64,000 nt of DNA from Paraspadella gotoi (taxonomy: Eukaryota > Animalia > Chaetognatha), in NCBI GenBank assembly GCA_051294375.1, contig JBJCIZ010000282.1, positions 50,494-114,493 of the forward strand. The letters run 5' to 3'. The translations under genes were made by a program, and so were the position numbers. Shown piece after piece: positions 60,151 to 64,000 of the stretch; within the stretch, counting starts at the first letter, position 1, and the number at the start of each line of letters is the position of its first letter. The notes beneath the pieces were generated by a model. The model did no database searches and was not told where the DNA came from. It was given only the letters and a program-made list of their open reading frames with translations.

Positions 60151-60974
60151 ATTTTTATCATTAGATTATAGGTCATAACAGCTTTCTTAATAAATCATTA
60201 AAAAATATATTAATCAATCAGTCAATCAATTGAACAATTAGCTAATAAATAATTATATTGATATAAAGTTTTGCTTACTCTTTCTCTCAAACCGCCAGCC
60301 TTTCCTCTACAACATGAGTTCATCTAAGGCAAGCTACAAACTGACGATTATTAATTATAAATCTTAAATGAAACAATTTATTTCACGATGTGGAACTTAT
60401 TTAATGTTGATCATGAATTACAAATCTTGATGAATATTTTTTTTTGGGGGGGGGACTCCATAATTTTCTAAGTAGGTCTGTCGGTCACTGCCCATTATTT
60501 GTTTGGTGATTTATTTAATTCCTTTTTGAACATTACATTAAGAATATTTTTTTTTAAATATGTCTCTATCAGTCCTTCAGTGTGTCCATCCAAAAAAAGA
60601 AAAAAAAAGGAAAAAAGAAGGAAAAAAGAAAAAAAAATACAGATGACTGATTAGCTTCTTACCTCTAAATTATTGTGGCCACGTCCAACATTGTTTGCTC
60701 AAACTTGTTTCTATATCTTTTAATTGAAATAAAATAATTTGGTTCAACTTCAAAAATACAAATATTATAATTTTTAGATAAAATATTGAATAAATAAGTT
60801 AACAATAATTTTTTTTAAAAAATTATTTTTTTCAGTTATATGAAACAAGTCTTGAAAGAGAGAGAGTAGTATATGTAATATAATGTAATATCGATTACCC
60901 TGGTTACATATACTATTGAGAGAGAGAGAAAGAGATAGAGAGAGAGAAAGAAAGAGAGAGAGAAAGAAAGAGAA

Positions 60975-61023
<49 letters not shown>

Positions 61024-61989
61024 AAGAGAGAGTAACAGACAGGGAGAGATATTCTCAGATACAATAACATAGTCAGAAAGTATATTTTCTCATCTAAACT
61101 TTGATTCTTAACTCGCCCCTGGGGCAGACTTTTTTTTGGCCCCAGAAGGCTTAGCATTTTGAGAGCCCTTCAGACACTTAGCCAGAGGATTCCTGAATTT
61201 GATGTCATTTGTTGAACAGGAACGAGATATTACGCGGGCCATATCCTTTCAGTTGGAATTTATTTGGAGTTAACAAATAAATTATTTAAATTATTTATTT
61301 ATTTGTTTTTCTGGGCTTCAAGGTATCGCAATGGCGATAACAATGAGGGTTACAGATTTAAATTTTTATTTACTTTATTTTTAATCACTACAGAAATATT
61401 AAAGAAAAATAATAAAAAAAACAAACAGAAATATATGAAAAAATTAAAAACATTTATAAAAAGAAATTAATGAAGATTTAAAGAATAAAACGAAAAGAAA
61501 GAAAGGAAGAAAGAAATAAACAAGTTGAAGCAAACAATGTCGGATCTGCCTACAATAATTAATTAATTAATTTAATCGATTTAATTAATTAAATAATAAT
61601 TTTAATTGTTAATAATTAATTTAAAATATATATCTCAAACTTATCATCATCGATGTCCTTAAAATTGGGGGTAGGACAGTTATTAAATATGTTTTGTTTA
61701 CATTTTAATCAAAACAAACAAAATATCCTCTATTTATTTTATGTCTCTTTCTCTCTCTCTCTCTCTCTCTTTTTATGCAATTGCGACGATCTTTATGCTT
61801 TTAAGATTTTTTTAACTTCATCATTTTTTCACATTAATTAATTAATTAATTAATTATTAATTAAAACATTTATTAGTAATCATTAATATTAAAGATTCAA
61901 GTAAATGTGACTTATGTTTTTTCCATCTAAACTCATTTCCACTGGCACAATTCCATTAAAACTTTATATAATAGTTATATATTAATAAA

Positions 61990-62665
61990 TATTTAAAACT
62001 TCAGTGCCAACAACCCAATGAACTAATTCAAAAAGTTACATTGAAATCGATTTAGTAGTAAAAGGAAAAAAAAATTTTAAAGAGAACTAGAAGTTATAAA
62101 AAAGTGTTTCAATTTTGGCCCGCCTTACTATATTTAGGGCCGGAACCAGGTTTGAAAACTAGAAGTTCTCTCCAATATAAATAATGTTTAAGCGACTATT
62201 AAATAATATGAAAATGAAAATAATTTTTTTTAAAATTTTGCCTAATCAATTTTTTTATAGATTCTGATAGAGCTTTAAAAAGTTAGATAAAGTTATTAAT
62301 ACAACTTTTTTAAAATTGTTTTATTAATGAAAATTATAAAAAAAAAAAAATCAGCCAATAATAATGATGATGATGATCTTTAAGGCTTTTTTCTATTTTT
62401 AACCATTTTATTGTCAAAATTTGAAAAAATTATAGTACTAACTTCATTTAACTTTTTAAGCTCTACAAGAACCCGTTCTTAAAAAAATCAAAATTTTTTT
62501 TTTTTTTTGTCATTTAAATATTTAAAAGCTTTCAGTGCAACAACCCAATGAACTAATTCAAAAAGTTACATTGAAAAATTATTTAGTTAGTAGAAGGAAA
62601 AAAGAAAAATTTTTTGAGAGAACTAGATTATATAAAAAGTGTTCAATTTGGCCCGCACTTACTAG
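61990..62665. repeat. ~140-bp direct repeat (61990-62130, 62520-62665), possibly DNA-transposon ends
   Basis: Both end in tttggcccgc.ttacta. Confidence 0.6.
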
Positions 62666-62816
62666 ATATATTGCTTGTGATTAAACATGTATATCAGAAC
62701 AAAATAGTTTTATCATTTATTATGTATTTGTAAAAGTATTTTAAGTATTTTTATTCAGTGGAGTAAAATAACAACTTTTATTCGCTAATTTTTATCATGG
62801 GACTCTTCTCTCTCTC

Positions 62817-62861
<45 letters not shown>

Positions 62862-62939
62862 AATTGCAAAGATCCTTATGCTCATTTTTCTGCTCTCAAC
62901 TCTCTCTCTCTTTGCAATTCGCGGACGATCCTTATGTTC

Positions 62940-64000
62940 ATTTTAGTCGGATCTGCTTATCAGCAGATCCCGACTCTATAATTCACTTTGTCGGTCCTCG
63001 GTCCGCCCCCTCAATATTTCGGGCACTAACTTATATCATGTCAGAACATCGAATTATGATAAATTATGCACAAAAAATTGATTCCGCCGTCCGTCCCGTC
63101 CGTCCGTCCGTCCGTCCCACCTTTAGCACAAAAACACCAATTACTCGTGATTGGATGGATGGATTGGAATGAAATTTGTGTGTGGTAGGGAAGTGTGTGA
63201 TTGAGCTGGATATAAAGTTTCGATGGAATCGTCCGAGTGGAAATGAGTTAAATGGAAAAAACAAAAAAATATATTTTCACTATTTGAACACCAATTGCTC
63301 ATGAGTGGATGGGGCGATTGGCCTGGAATTTTATATGTGGGTAGGAAAGTGTGTGATTGAACAGGAAATCAAGTTTCGATGGAATCGTTTGAGTGAAAAT
63401 GTAAGTAAGGACGAATAAGCAGCGGCAGCGGCAGAGGCAGCCTGAAAAAAAGGAAGAAATCAAAAGGCAGCAGCAGAAGCAGCAGGAGAAAAGAGAGAAA
63501 AAGAAAGAGCCCCTGCAGAGCCTTCTGCAGACTCGTTTTTTTCCCGATGAATCAACACTGGGGAAAAGAGAGAGAGAGAGCTACATATAATTAAAAGAGA
63601 AAAATCAGTTAATTAATCAATAATTAATTAATCAGTCAATTTATCAACCAATTAATTATTCAATCAATTAATTTATTTATCAATTAATTAATTATTCAAT
63701 CAATCAATTTATTTATCTTTTATTTAATCATTCAATCAATCAATCAAGTCAATCATTATCGGCATTATTCTCATCGTCGTCATTGCTTTTGTCATGGTTA
63801 GTGACGAAAAAACCTAAAAAAAACATTTCGAATCAAATTAATTAACTAATTGCCTAATTAATTGCTCATAAGTGGATGGGGCGATTGACCTGGAATTTTG
63901 TCTGTGGGTAGGGAAGTGTGTGATTGAACAGGAAAACAAGTTTCGATGGAATCAAACAGGTTTTTTGTTTTTTTCCATTTAAACTCATTTCCACTCAAAC
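62940..64000 (+). mobile_element. Family 1 DINE-like copy running to the window end
   Basis: Canonical 5' end, (GTCC)n, cores. Confidence 0.8.

Overview
AT-rich, gap-containing eukaryotic (probably invertebrate animal) genomic DNA, almost all nested transposable elements; no host gene can be supported with confidence. (1) A young, intact CsRn1-type Ty3/Gypsy element (13030-19761, +; near-identical LTRs, CTCC TSD, gag/-1 frameshift/pol) sits inside the env gene of another element. (2) Two decayed, mutually divergent copies (about 12084-27700 on -, 43838-50408 on +) of an unusual Ty3/Gypsy family carry an OTU-like domain lacking the catalytic Cys between RNase H and integrase, plus a chuvirus/gB-like envelope glycoprotein. 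(3) An LTR-terminated segment (27770-31175, +) carries an intronless ORF with a divergent Ran-binding (RanBD/PH-fold) domain and LC8-type TQT motifs. Together with the minus Gypsy copy it forms a 19-kb block that splits a host repeat between GCTGG duplications. (4) Penelope-like element remnants (GIY-YIG and Naiad-type RT fragments) and four minimal hammerhead ribozyme motifs. (5) Two DINE-1/Helentron-like non-autonomous families, a spliced hAT-like transposase relic, further Gypsy fragments, TTAGGG-rich interstitial repeats and minisatellites. All family assignments come from motif recognition by eye, not database searches.
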